A stretch of 62,415 bases of DNA, filler included, from Sphacelaria rigidula (lineage: Eukaryota), in the NCBI GenBank assembly GCA_964200075.2. It is 8 parts of 8 records of this genome, joined end to end, with 100 filler letters (N's around TTAATTAATTAA, not from the genome) between each part and the next. Parts side by side here need not be neighbours in the genome. Positions count along the whole stretch, not along the records: positions 31,261 to 38,974 come from CAXNAA020013699.1; positions 39,075 to 46,788 come from CAXNAA020013700.1; positions 46,889 to 54,602 come from CAXNAA020013701.1; 5 more parts are not named here. One strand, written 5' to 3'. The translations under genes and the position numbers were made by a program. Below, piece after piece: positions 37,651 through 49,721 of this stretch (the stretch's first letter is position 1; each line of letters opens with the position of its first letter). The notes beneath the pieces are model-generated. The model was not told the DNA's origin. It ran no database searches and worked only from the letters and a program-made list of their open reading frames with translations.

Positions 37651-38459
37651 ATGAGGTTGTTTGAACTCCGCTGCGGCCCACAAAGCGTGCGGTCCTCCAA
37701 CGCATTACACGTACCACGGGGCACAACATGAAACTTCACAGGTTGTCAACCGGAAAGCTCCGGGAAAAAACTGGCTAGAAAAATCGCTCTGGGCACGCAG
37801 GCGCATGTGTTGTATTGTACTTAATGTGTTCCGTGTAAGTACACAGTTTGAAGTTGGGTTTATCGCAGATTTGGTTCTTGATGGGTTCGCGAGCTGTACG
37901 CTCTTATTTGCCCACCCCTACCTGCAGAAAAGCCGCGCCACCGAAGAGTCGTGCCACATGAAATGACAGGTGGCAAACAACATGTACACATGATTCGCGC
38001 TGCAAAATTATTATTATTCATTATTATCATATCCGTCACATTAGTTCGATCTCTCAAACCCGTGGTCACAGAGTGCAAGGAGCATACCACCAATATACCC
38101 ATAAGCCAAACAATAAGAAGTGAGAAACGTATACACTTGATCCATCTAATATGAACAATCTTACGCCAATAGAAAAAAAAGATAAAAATCGGAACAGAAT
38201 CCGACATGTTTTCACCCCAATACGCACGCACACACCGTGCAACCCCAGACTCAGCAAGATGGGGCTGTTGTCTGTAGTCTACATGACATGTGGTCGAAGT
38301 TTCAGCATGTAGAAGCACTAACAGCGCTTGCACGGCCGTGTCTCCTGAAGTGAGCACCTCTACAGACGATACCAATATAGGTACCGCGTAGAATGACATC
38401 ATCCAGATATGCGCAATACGGATCGATGTGTTCGTTTTCCTGGGCAGGAGACACCCAGC

Positions 38460-38830
38460 AGGAAGTGAGCGTATCTGCGTATCAACATATGCATCCACTG
38501 ACATCTCACGCAGTTTTAGCTGAGGGGACTGCGTTTTGAGGGCGTTTTGAGGGCGTATCGATGGCATTACCCCAAATCCGTATTTTGCTTCATTTTACTA
38601 GCGCACCACGTAAAATGTGCCGCCACTCCGGGAATATGCTGTCTGGGTTGTGGTCTACCTCTGTGCCAAGTTTCAGGCTGGTTCAAACAGACACGGCGGA
38701 GAAATCCACAAGCAAAATGACCCTTGATTTGTACTGAAAATACAGTACTAAACCGTGTTGAACTGTTATGGGTGCGCCTGACCCCCCAAAATGAGCCAAA
38801 AAAGTGTCACCGACCAAAAGCACGAACAGA
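38460..38830. repeat. Dispersed repeat: 38460-38680 is inverted relative to 55530-55742, and 38760-38830 is similar to 14858-14930
   Basis: Shared blocks CGTTTTGAGGGC / GCCCTCAAAACG, CCAAGTTTCA / TGAAACTTGG, and CTGACCCCC.AAAATG.GC.AAAAAAGTGTC. Confidence 0.6.
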
Positions 38831-39601
38831 CCGGAGATCTCGTTCATCCCCTGATTATGCACGCCGTAAAATCCCCCCAAGTACTTGTCATTTGAGTGGG
38901 GTTTCCACTTGACGATTTCCCATTTTCGTTGTCCCGGGCTACAAACCACGGCGTACCTAGGCTACTCACCAGCGNNNNNNNNNNNNNNNNNNNNNNNNNN
39001 NNNNNNNNNNNNNNNNNNTTAATTAATTAANNNNNNNNNNNNNNNNNNNNNNNNNNNNNNNNNNNNNNNNNNNNCCATGGGTCCCAAGATAATATAGAGT
39101 TTTTCCCGCCAGGTGCCTTAAGCGTATCTTAATTGGTACATTTCCCTCGATGGATTGATTTCGACTGATTGAATGTTTGATTGATTGTCTCACTTTTCCT
39201 GACCCCCCAGGGATCCAGCCGGGGTCACATGAAAGACGTACCCGAGACCAAAACAAAATGGAAAACTCGCTGAAGAAAAAAAAAGAAACAAATAGAGTAA
39301 GACGTACTATTCTCCTCAGTTTTCTTCACCCAGTGATTCCGCTTTGTTCTTCTCGGGTTTGTCCACCATGTCGATAATGACCACGGCTGCGTTCCTGGGG
39401 GATCAGTGAATGTGTGGCAATCAATCGATCAACCAACCAATCAAACCAATCAAATCAATCGATCGATATATTGATCGATCTATCAATCGTGTTCAGCGGG
39501 GTTGTTTCGTTCTTTTTCACGTTACCTCAGTGTACCGTAAATACGTCGAGGCATTTCCATCCTCTCGCTCTCTTTTTTTCTTACCGTCGTTGTGTTCGTA
39601 C

Positions 39602-39753
39602 CTCGTTTGGGTAGGACGCGCGGAGCCAACAGAACCGTTGGTTTTGCACGTGGGAGGCAATTTATTCATGTTCGAGTCTTGCCCCTTCGTTGTGAGCGGA
39701 GCAGCCGGAGCGGCGGCGAGAAGAGCGGCCAAAGCAATGAAGGGGAATCGCAT
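39602..39753 (-). CDS. Putative first exon of a secreted protein (MRFPFIALAALLAAAPAAPLTTKGQDS...)
   Basis: ATG followed by a classical Ala/Leu signal peptide, with candidate donor GAG|GTACGA. Confidence 0.55.
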
Positions 39754-41469
39754 CGAACTCACGTCTCACGGTGGAGGTGAGCTAGCGAAGCATATTACCG
39801 TAGGTTTTGCTGCATATAACCCATACGCTGAATAACACCCCCGAGTGACGACTTTGAAGCTATTCTCGGCACCATACCGGCAGCTACGGCATTTTTCTGG
39901 CGAACGAACTTGCACATAACCCCCCCTCTCCTGCCCCTCCTCATCCGTATGCATGCCAGATAATCAGTACGCTTCGGGCCGAACAATTTGAGCAGGACGA
40001 AGCTCACCCATCATGCGAGTCACCGAAAACACCACGGCGCTTAGCGCTTGGTGACTGATTGCGTGCCTAGTCCGGCGAAAACCCGGCGTGCTCCGTCCCG
40101 GCTTTGTAAGGATGCGGGGTCAACGTTCATACGACTACGGCATACTTCACTCCCTCCCTCCACTATTCTAGTAGATATTATTGGAAAGACAAGCTTCAAG
40201 ACGGAAAGTAGACGAGGAAGAGCACCTGAAGGTATACGGAGGGCTGACAGAGGGGATAAGAATGAAAACATATCTGCACGACCCAATGGACTCTGCGAAT
40301 AACTAGAACTGCAATTTCGGGGAGGGGACCTGGACCTGCCAAAAAAGAGGATTAGGTAGGAGTCATCCTACGATAGGGAGCGGGGGGGGCGGTATTTAAT
40401 TCCACGAAAAAAAGGCTGATAAGCGTGTCAGACGACTTGCCACACTCGCGGTGCCCTTGAATTTTGCTCAAAACGGTGTCAAGCAGTATGAATGAGCGTT
40501 GTTGATCTGTAAGAAGCTCGTTCGAACAACCGCTACTGCTTCTAAGGCCGATTTGACGTGGAATCTCATGCCAGAAGTGGCCCGAAATACCCCCCACACC
40601 CCGCCCTATATTATTAGGATGACTCGTACACCGGTAGTCGAGTGGGGGAGGCAGTAGATGCACAATATTTGCCCTGTGGCGAAGCGATGGAGAGTAGAAC
40701 TTCACACAAGGGCGAACGGAACGTGTTAGAGGGGGGAAATGTGGGAAGTATGCGGAGATGGCATGGAATCGCTTGACACATCAAACAGTAGCGAGAAAGC
40801 AATGGCTATATCAGGGGATAGATGGTTGCCACACATGGCGGAACAGGAAGGGGATGAGATATGCAGGAGATTTTTGTGTAATGTGTGGAAGAAACGTTAG
40901 GAGCACCCACATACATGTCGGAGGTGTATCTACCAGGAGTAGCAATGGTGCTCGATCTCGAAAGGGATGCGTGCTCGGTGGTCCGACGACTACGGCGAGC
41001 AGCAAATGAGCACCCTTCCCCTCCCCTCCTTGAATATCATCGCCGAGTGATGAGCTTCCGGGCCCAAAAAAATCCCGTTATAGATGACGATATTTAATGT
41101 GACCTCATAATATCGTTGACAGTGTCGTTGGCGACGTAGGCAGATCGATTTTCTCTCCTGTTTTGTTTTGTGCGTTTTGTTCGTGCCTCGATATTCTTGG
41201 GGGCGAGGTGAGGGCGGGGAGCGGGGGGCGAGACAAAAGGAACATCTTGCACTTGAATGCACTCACGCACAAAGAACTCCCGGTTTTATCGAAACATGCC
41301 GCTTTTTGGGTAGTTCATTTGCGAGGATTGAGTGTCAAACACGACGGTGGTCGATCGAGTCGAGAGGCACCCTCGTTGCCGTCGTCTTCGATGGGACGTC
41401 GGGGGTAAATGGTTGTCACGGGTGGTCGTTTTTCTCCACCACCTATTCATTTCAAGGTTGCTTTTCATT

Positions 41470-41780
41470 AAAGATGCACTCATCATGATCTTGAACGCGC
41501 TGTAGTAATCAGAACATTGACCTCGCATCCCTACAAAGCCGGGACGAAGCACGCTGGGTTTTCGCCGACTCAGGTCCGCAACCAATCATCAAGCGCGGAG
41601 CGACGTGATGTGTTCGGCCAGTCGCCTGAAGGGCGAGGTGCATTCTGCGAAAAGTGTTCGACGCGAAGCGAACTGATTCTCTTGCGAATGGAGTACAGCC
41701 TCGACATAGTTGCTTCATTTTCTGGTATCGTAACTTCCGAAGACAGTCACGGGTTCCACACTGCCTCATGGATCTCTCAC
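41470..41780 (-). mobile_element. Retroposon family B: 3' end with a conserved CGTCCCGGCTTTGTAGGGATGCG core; other copies at 39955-40150 (+), 43020-43110 (+), 43200-43410 (+), 47430-47535 (-), 48805-49010 (-, upstream part) and 23446-23490 (+, tail)
   Basis: The ...GTCCGGCGAAAACC..GCGTGCT.CGTCCCGGCTTTGTAGGGATGC motif recurs, and the upstream segment is collinear between copies. Confidence 0.75.
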
Positions 41781-41792
41781 CATATCATCATT

Positions 41793-42300
41793 CCGGGGGG
41801 GGGCGTACTCATTTGTTGCTTGCCATAGTCGTTTGGCCATTGACCACGCATCCCTTTCCAGATGGAGCACGTGCGTTCCTACTCCTAATGGAGCAACCTC
41901 CAACATTCCGGCGCTCATTACGTGTCTTCCAGACATTACACAAAAACCTTTTACATATCTTATCCCCGTCTTGTTTAGCCGTCTCTGGCCACCACCTATG
42001 TCCTAGTCTAGCCGTCGTTTTCTCTATACCGTCTAATGCAATGGACGATTTCATGCTATCTTCGTGTACGCCCCGCATTTCCCTCTCTAGCACGTCCTGC
42101 TCCTCCTTGTATAGTCCACATTCTGCCACTATAATATTACTTCTGTTACCTATTCCTTTGCCACAGGGGCACTTCTGTACTTCTACTCCCTTGTCCTTTC
42201 GACGACTGGTAAATATTATTTTTGCCTCTGGCAGGTCCAGGTCCCCCACCCAAAATCACAGTTTCAAATATTTCGCCGCGTCCATTGAACCATGCAAATA
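41793..42300 (-). mobile_element. LINE family A: 5'-truncated ORF2 C-terminus with a CCHC-type knuckle; other fragments at 40205-40345 (+), 40660-41030 (+), 22500-22720 (-), 21759-21823 (-) and 61470-62380 (-)
   Basis: Encodes GDLDLPE...KCPCGKGIGNRSNIIVAECGLYKEEQDVLE...RWWPETAKQDGDKICKRFLCNVWK...GCVVNGQTTMASNK*. The 62081 copy has CACGKAMERRTHVVAKC. Copies share a 3' end and vary at the 5' end. Confidence 0.8.
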
Positions 42301-43629
42301 AGCTTTCTGGGGAAGGGGGTCGGGGGTGGGGGAGGGGCCAGGGTAAGACTGTGGGATTTTTGTCTTTCTCTGTTTGTGATGGTGTAAGCCTGCCCCCTTC
42401 CTCCGGACGAGTCTGTGGTCTTGAGGGATCTGCCCATTTCCCCAAGTACATACATGCCTGACATTTTTCGGTATCGCGGATTGGATCATGGCCAACACTC
42501 CCGCACCGCCTCCACTCTCGCCGAACTTGTTTACTGCTCACGTCTTGCACGTGCTTCGCAAACGGAAACCGGGTTTTTGCGGGGGGACACGACGTATTTG
42601 CTGGGCGTTGAAAACCAGCACACGTCGGACAGCTTATGAGCTACCTAAACTACTACTTCTTATTACTGTATTGATCCGAATCTAGGGGCTGACTCATCTA
42701 GCCCCTGTTTCCATATTTTTTCTCTACAGCCCTAGGGGGAGGCCTGGCACGCGGGGTAGCGTACATGTAGCGCTTTTTGGTTTTCTGTACCCTGCTGTCA
42801 CGCGATGTGTGTTTTTGGACAGCGGACCTGAAAATCGTCTTCGAAGAGATGTTTTTGGTAGTCCATGAGCTATCCGACGTGTGAAAACCCGCGACCTTCC
42901 GCCCTAGCTGAGTACTAATGGTCATGTTCCACTTGGAGTACCGGGGCGAGGCGGCTGGCTGTACACAAAATGCGATGCCGCGAGCACCGCGCCAAGTTCC
43001 ATGCGATGCGATACCCCCCCCTCCCGTCCCGGCTTTGTAGAGGTACGAGGTTAACGGTCATATGACATCGGCATGCACGGATGCAAGATCATGAGTCCCG
43101 CCCCCCCCTACCACCATTGCACTACTGTATGTCGAGACCACCACTGTACCTTCAGTACTATACCGGGGTACGTGGTATATCACCCTCCTCTCAGTACCAT
43201 CAATCAGTACGCTTGGGGCCGAATATTTGAAGCAGGATTCAGATCACCCGTCATGTGACTCGCTGAACACATCACGGCGCCCCCCGCTTGGTGACTGATT
43301 GCGATCCTGGTCCGGCGAAAACCTTGCGTGCTTCGTCCCAGCTTTGTAGGGATGCTATAATAGGTCAACGGTTCAGCGTGCAATATCAATGAGTACACCC
43401 TCTCCCCCGCACCCCGGTGAACCGTTTTTCTATTATTTTCTCAAGGGCGAACTGGCAACCACTTCATGACTCTGTCCTCCTACTTGGCTATGGGATTCTG
43501 CTGCAAGTCTAGATTGGTGAGTGACGAGATAAAAAAAAAATTCGCGAGGACACAAACTTAAGATACTGTGAATAAGCTCCCGCACCCATGGTGACTTGAC
43601 TCACGTGAAGTGGAAAGCTAGCAGCTGGA

Positions 43630-43848
43630 GTTATCATTATTATCACTATTATTGTTGTTATCATCATCATGATCATCATGATCATCATCATCATTATCAT
43701 TGTTATTATTATCATTGTTATCATGACGATGATGATGATCATCATCATCATTTAATCATCATTATTATCATCATTATTGTAATTATTTCATTATTATTAT
43801 TATTATTATTATCATCATCATCCTTATTATTACTATTATCATTCTCAT

Positions 43849-43879
<31 letters not shown>

Positions 43880-43919
43880 ATTATTATTAATATTATTATC
43901 ATTATTATTGTTATTATTG

Positions 43920-43975
<56 letters not shown>

Positions 43976-44079
43976 GTTATTATTATTGTTATTATTATTG
44001 TTATTTTTATTATCATTGTTTTTATTATCATCATCATCATCATTATCATTATCATTATCATCATTATTGTTGCTGTTAT
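43630..44079. repeat. ~450-bp compound trinucleotide microsatellite (ATC/ATT/GTT/ATG)
   Basis: Read directly from the sequence; it explains the poly-L, poly-N and poly-I pseudo-ORFs. Confidence 0.95.
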
Positions 44080-44510
44080 TGTGGAGACCACGTATGTATG
44101 AGCGTAATGAGCAACCAAATACACATGTAAGCCGGAGAAACAGTCTCAGGGACGGGGTCCGCCAGCGACACACAGAAGCAGACCCGAAACGTTCAAACCT
44201 GTGAAACTGAATCTTGGGTAACCCAGGCGAACAGAATCTCCGGTACAAGAACCCGAAATAACGGAGCCACCGCATAAGTTCTGGTTGAAGGTAGTTGGTA
44301 TTACCGCACCAACTCGTTCACGTTTTCTCCTTGCCTACCATCGGTCGCGGCCGCATCCTTGCCTAAATGACAAGAAAGAGTTTACGCCTTGCTCTGGAGG
44401 TCCTTCGGCAGCAGGGTACGACGACGTTCTTCTTCGGGACCCGTAACTCTACTGCCTTACCCCTAGCGAAGTCTACTTCACAGTGGTGTCAACGAAGAGA
44501 TTTGAACCTA
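44080..44510 (+). mobile_element. Probable 5' LTR (~403 bp, TG...CA) followed by a tRNA primer-binding site
   Basis: Starts TGTGGAG (44080) and ends CTTCACA (44482), a 6/7 inverted match. One nt later comes TGGTGTCAACGAAGAGATTTGAACC, the complement of a tRNA-like 3' end (GGTTCAAATC...GTTGACACCA). Confidence 0.6.
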
Positions 44511-46888
44511 CGCGTGGAGAGCACTTTGACTTGAGCGTGCGGAGCACACTACCTTACCGATGGCGACATCATCCGAAACAAAAGGAACCAAGGAGAGCTT
44601 CAGCAGGTGTAATGCAGGGGTCATGTGTGCACAGTTATTCGAGTTGAGAGGGTTGTAGGAGTCAGCAAAACGCGAACTTAGCCTCCAGTGTGCATTATAT
44701 GTCACCAGCAGGGCTAGTCAAAGAGCGAAGCCGCACTTACCAACCCACTTCCCACCACCATAGTGCAGGAGGCACGACTGTCAATCAAGCAGACCGACCT
44801 CTGGAAGCGCGGTGCTCGAAATCGCACTAACAAATTTCTTCCCAACCTACGAATGCAACACATTGTCATAACCTACCATTTAGCTAGCGAAAGAAGAGGG
44901 TGTATTGAACGGTCGTACCGAATGTCAGCTCACAAGTTGAGGGGGGAGCAAACGGCAGATAGTTCATTTTTTCAAGTCTCAGATCGCATGCAATGGAAGA
45001 AAGTACCAGCCCTCTCGTAAACGATATCGGAGAGAAGCGGATTTTCTAGGTAGTACAGTAACACCTCCGGTGAGGCACCAACACAGCCCCAGTTGTGATG
45101 TGAAAGTACAGGCTAGAATAAAGCATATATAATATGCTGACCAGGAGCAAAACAGGTCGAAAAAAAGGAGTGCGGTGTATTATATAACCAGCCTCCGTAC
45201 TTGGAATTAGTTCCTGAGCAGCCTTTATAACAGCCGTTGGGAAGCGTTACACCGGACACGGGTCCAAAACTGTTGAGACTCATATCATGTGGCATTTTGC
45301 GCAGTACCCCAAGGAAATCGGTAACGTTTCATCCCATGTGACACATGTGCAACCTGCCGCACAATTGTTTTCAAGCAGTGGCTGTTAATTGCTAATCGGA
45401 AGTTCCCATACTCCCTCCGAAAAATATCATTCGGTCCAATTCTAGTTAGATGTAGTACCTGGATAAGTCCGCATCTTCAACCGGAACCATTACGGTTCAA
45501 CACGAAGGAAGGTGACTTGCTTGTCATACAATAGCCTCTTCAGGGTGGGATCGTGTGCGAAGTCTCATAAAGAGAGAGGGAATGTACATCATAGGGTCAA
45601 GCAGGAGCTTAGAGTGAGAAACATAAGTCGAGAAATGGTGCAGAGTCACCAGCCTTCGTACTTGGAGAGTGTTCCGCGAGTAGCTATCATAGCTTAACTG
45701 TCATGTATAATACATGCAAACCACCAATGAAAATTTCGGACTTTAAAACTATCAACACTTCAAAGCAGTCCACTTTCCCACATGTCATCTTTAGCGCGGT
45801 ACCCGAAGGTACCTGCAGCGATTCATCCGGCTTCGGCAACAGTCCAGGTACCAGCTACAACGAACAATAGTGCACGGTTAGGACAAATCAACTCGTGAGT
45901 CAACTCAGAGTCATCATTTCAACGAATAAATCATACGGTTCGTATATCATTTGTGATTCACACAGCCAACCCTTCTTCATGAATCAAGGCGTGAATGGCT
46001 TGTACATGTACGCCATGTATGACAAGTTCGACGTGAGCGCCCATATATGTTTCCCACCTTCGGATTAATTCGGGACCTACATAAGTCATACAGGTTAATT
46101 ATTCTGAAGTCATGGGCCCTCAACCACACACACGTTTCTTCAACCTGTAATGAGCGCAAGATGCCTGCACTGCACTATATGTCATATGTTATCCACCCTC
46201 GGGTGAATGTGGGACCAACACTTGGCAAAGAGTTGAATCCTGCCGTTTCATGTTCATGGGGCCTGTTTTACGCGTATGTTTCTCCCGTGGGTAATGCGCT
46301 GCATATATGTTATTCACCCTCGACTCAGCGGACCAATGGTTTATACAGCATGGCTGCTTGCACATCATGACGAGTCAACATAACACCACACACTCGGCAG
46401 GTACAAGGGAGGCGCGGCAGTTCGCCGCGGCTGGTAAGTACCGTGCACGAGCGGTACCTCTGCGTAATGGTCGGAACATGCGTTCTTCCAATCAAGAACC
46501 ATCGACGGCATGATTGTATACTGTTGTGTTGGGACCTCACAGGGAAGAAACACGCAATAATGTACTGAAAGCATCTGTGCGGCGGACTGCTCCGCCGTGG
46601 CGGGATTACAACACGGAGCACTTTTCACTTTTCTGTGCTTCAGACTAACCGACAGCGAAGGGGATGTGGCCGGTACCATAGTATAGGAAAGAAACATCGA
46701 GGATATTGTAGATTGCACATCGTGAACAAAGTTGCGCAGTGGTGTACGGTGGTTCATCGCGGTTGGCAGTTGCTGTGTAAAAACAGACNNNNNNNNNNNN
46801 NNNNNNNNNNNNNNNNNNNNNNNNNNNNNNNNTTAATTAATTAANNNNNNNNNNNNNNNNNNNNNNNNNNNNNNNNNNNNNNNNNNNN

Positions 46889-47003
46889 ACAGTACAGTAC
46901 TGTACTGTACTGTACTGTACTGTACTGTACTGTACTGTACTGTACTGTACTGTACACTACACTACACTACACTACACTACACTACACTACACTATACTAC
47001 AGT
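46889..47003. repeat. (CTGTA)n followed by (CTACA)n pentanucleotide microsatellite
   Basis: Read directly from the sequence at the contig start. Confidence 0.95.
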
Positions 47004-47599
47004 ACAACCTCATCGGGTGCACGTATTGGTACTGCAACTAAGTGGTGCCGCAATCTCGGTACCGCGACGTACCGCTGGGATACCAGGACAGCACACACCT
47101 ATGCATTCTCTCGACGAGTAGCTATATTTCTCGTGCTGGTCCTTTCGGAGCAGAGTGGGAATATATCCTAGTGTATGCCGTGTCAACTGTCAGGTGCTGC
47201 ACGGCACTGTACTGCGCTGAGCTCCGCAGTACTGCATTCTCACGGCACTGTGCTGCACTGTACAGTTCGCGTGTCCACACTGTCGTTCGCGTAATCTCTT
47301 ATCATAAATGGCTAGCTCAAACGTGGGCGTACAGTGTCTCATCACTCTCCACTGCACACAATCCGCCCTGCTTCTCGATGTGTGCGCTCAGTACCACGGA
47401 ATGCTTGGTGTCGCTTTCTTGTCAGCGCTGGAGGAGGAGTGCACTCTTGATCTTGCGTGCCGTAGTCACAAGGCCAATGATCCCGCATCCCTACAAAGCC
47501 GGGACGGAGCGCGCGGGGCTTTCGTCGGACCAGTAGGGCCCGAGAAGGCTGGCCGCTCCCCCTCAAACACTGGGATAACAACCTCCAGAAGAGCCTACG

Positions 47600-47800
47600 T
47601 GGACTAGGGGCTCTTCCACACAAAGGAGCGCGACGGAAATGGCTTGTGTAGAGGTTAACGACGCACACGACTGGATCGCTGCAGCGAAGGTTATGCGCAA
47701 ATGGCATCGTGGGGTCGAGAAGGGGTGGCAGACTTCGAGGACACGTGGCGACGCGAAGACAAACGAGAATCGGACCATCAGCGACAAAGAGGCTGCTGCA
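47600..47800 (+). mobile_element. Frameshifted RTE-like LINE ORF C-terminus remnant
   Basis: DWIAAAKVMRKWHRGVEKG / ADFEDTWRREDKRE fits the W..AA....W...V..G...F pattern I recall for RTE C-termini. Confidence 0.5.
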
Positions 47801-49721
47801 TCGAGAGCCGCCAGTCGGAGAACTGCTCCCGCCAGCTCAACAACAGCAACAGTTCGCGAGGGATCCAAGACGAGAATGAACGAGAAAATGGCCCGCTTTT
47901 TACGCGACGAAGGATGAAGGTGAGAAATTGGGTCAACAAGGGAAATGATGTACTCCTTTCTTTTCCTATCGGTTGTTGAGTTTGTCCTTGGTCCGGAGTT
48001 CTCTGATGCTCCCTGTTGTAGGTCTGTACTTGCTCGATTGTGCTGTGTCCTTTGGGTTGCATCACTTCTACATCCTCCCAGTTTGTTCTCTCTCTTTCTG
48101 TCCTCAAGTATCTCGCTCTCTCGATGTGCGCGGGTCCTTTTCTCCCGGTGTTTGCAAGTAGCAGTATGGTGCCTCGCGTCTTTAGGGTTCAGGTATGAGA
48201 GCTTCACACCCCGAAAAACAATGGAGTCGAAATAGATAAGCCTCACTCTGTTCCCACGGCCTCTTGTTCTTTACGATTAGGAATGAGTATGGTTTTTGCG
48301 CAAGACCTGTTCCACCAAAGCCATGTGACAGAGGGTGTTCGTTTGCGTGACGCCGTGATAGCCTCCCCCCCCCCGCCAGAAAATTGGCTCGCTTGAGGAG
48401 GCAAAGTCCACATCTATCCAAAATGACAAAGACCGAGCACACGGAGGAGCTGGGAGCTCCCACGCTCGGGATCATTTTCGCTTATGCCACAGGCGTTTTA
48501 TAAAGTTCGAAATCAGCTCTTACGCGCCGTGTGACCATTTCTACGTGACAGTTTGGGGGTTGGTTTGGTGGGGGGAGGCTGTTGCGGCATCACTCCTTTT
48601 CACGTGTTTTTTTCTTATCTCTGCTTCGTATTTGAGTATTTCCTTCTTTTTCTTTTCCTCTTTTCTTTTTGTCCGTTTCACCATTCTGTTTTCTTATCTA
48701 TTCTTCAGCGGGTAAGTCTATTGTGCTAGTGTCTCCGACATGTCCATCTTGTGACCACGGCTGGATCCTTGGGAGATCAGTTAGGGTGCGACGATTAATC
48801 AAGGCTCGCAATCACCAGGTGCAAAGCGTCGTCATGCGTCTGGCGAGCAGCATGAGGGGTGACCTGCATCCTGCCGAGATTGTTCGGCCTGAACCGTACG
48901 AATCATCTTGCATATGGATGACAGTCTCGAATGAGTTGCCTCCTTCTCTGGCATCGTCACATCCAGAGACAGACAGCCACGGGTTCCACTGCGTCATGGG
49001 TGTCTCGCAATCCGAACACTGCGCAGTGCGACCATCGCCTTCGCGCGAAGGTCAGGTTCTCCGCTCCGCGTCAAATTATCTGAATCGACCACTGTCATGG
49101 CTACTGTACCACGAGAAAACGCGAGCGAGAAAAAAACGACAACACGGTTGCTCAGTTTACGCGATGGAGGACGTCTTTCACAGCGTCCTTGCCAACCGAC
49201 GCCACACACCACTGGACGGTGGGAGCACGTACGTCGTATGTCATAGGCTGGGCCAAACGCACAACCCTTATTTTCAATCACCGTCCCGAAGCAGTGATGA
49301 AACATGCCTTTGCCATCAAGAGGCAATATCAGGCAACTTGAAACGCAACATGACTCATCGCTCGGCGGCTTTTCATCGGACAGGCGACCCCTCTTTCGTC
49401 GCTTCAAGCAAGACTTGACATGTTTCGCCGGCCTCGAAAATTTCCGGAAAACAAAGATGGCTGACTTCGGAAGCTCTTGGGCAATCTGGAAACCTGGGTG
49501 TCTTCCCCGACACAAGCACCACCCGCCCCTGATGATCGTCGAGGACCCGAGGGCTGTCAGCAGTCAAAACCTCTACGATAGGAAGCTGGTGGTCAAGGGG
49601 TTCAAAAAGGGAGACCGTCTTCGACCAACGTCTTTGATCAAGTCGACATAAGTCGTTGCGCCTTCGCCGGCAGTTGTCGGGTTCACAAATTTGGTACGGG
49701 TATCCTTCTCCATTCGCAACA

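Noticed and set aside
43509..44275. Poly-Leu, poly-Asn and poly-Ile ORFs
   Set aside because: These are translations of a trinucleotide microsatellite.
49304..49651. KMADFGSS resembling a kinase DFG motif
   Set aside because: There is no HRD..N upstream or APE downstream, and no convincing splice sites.
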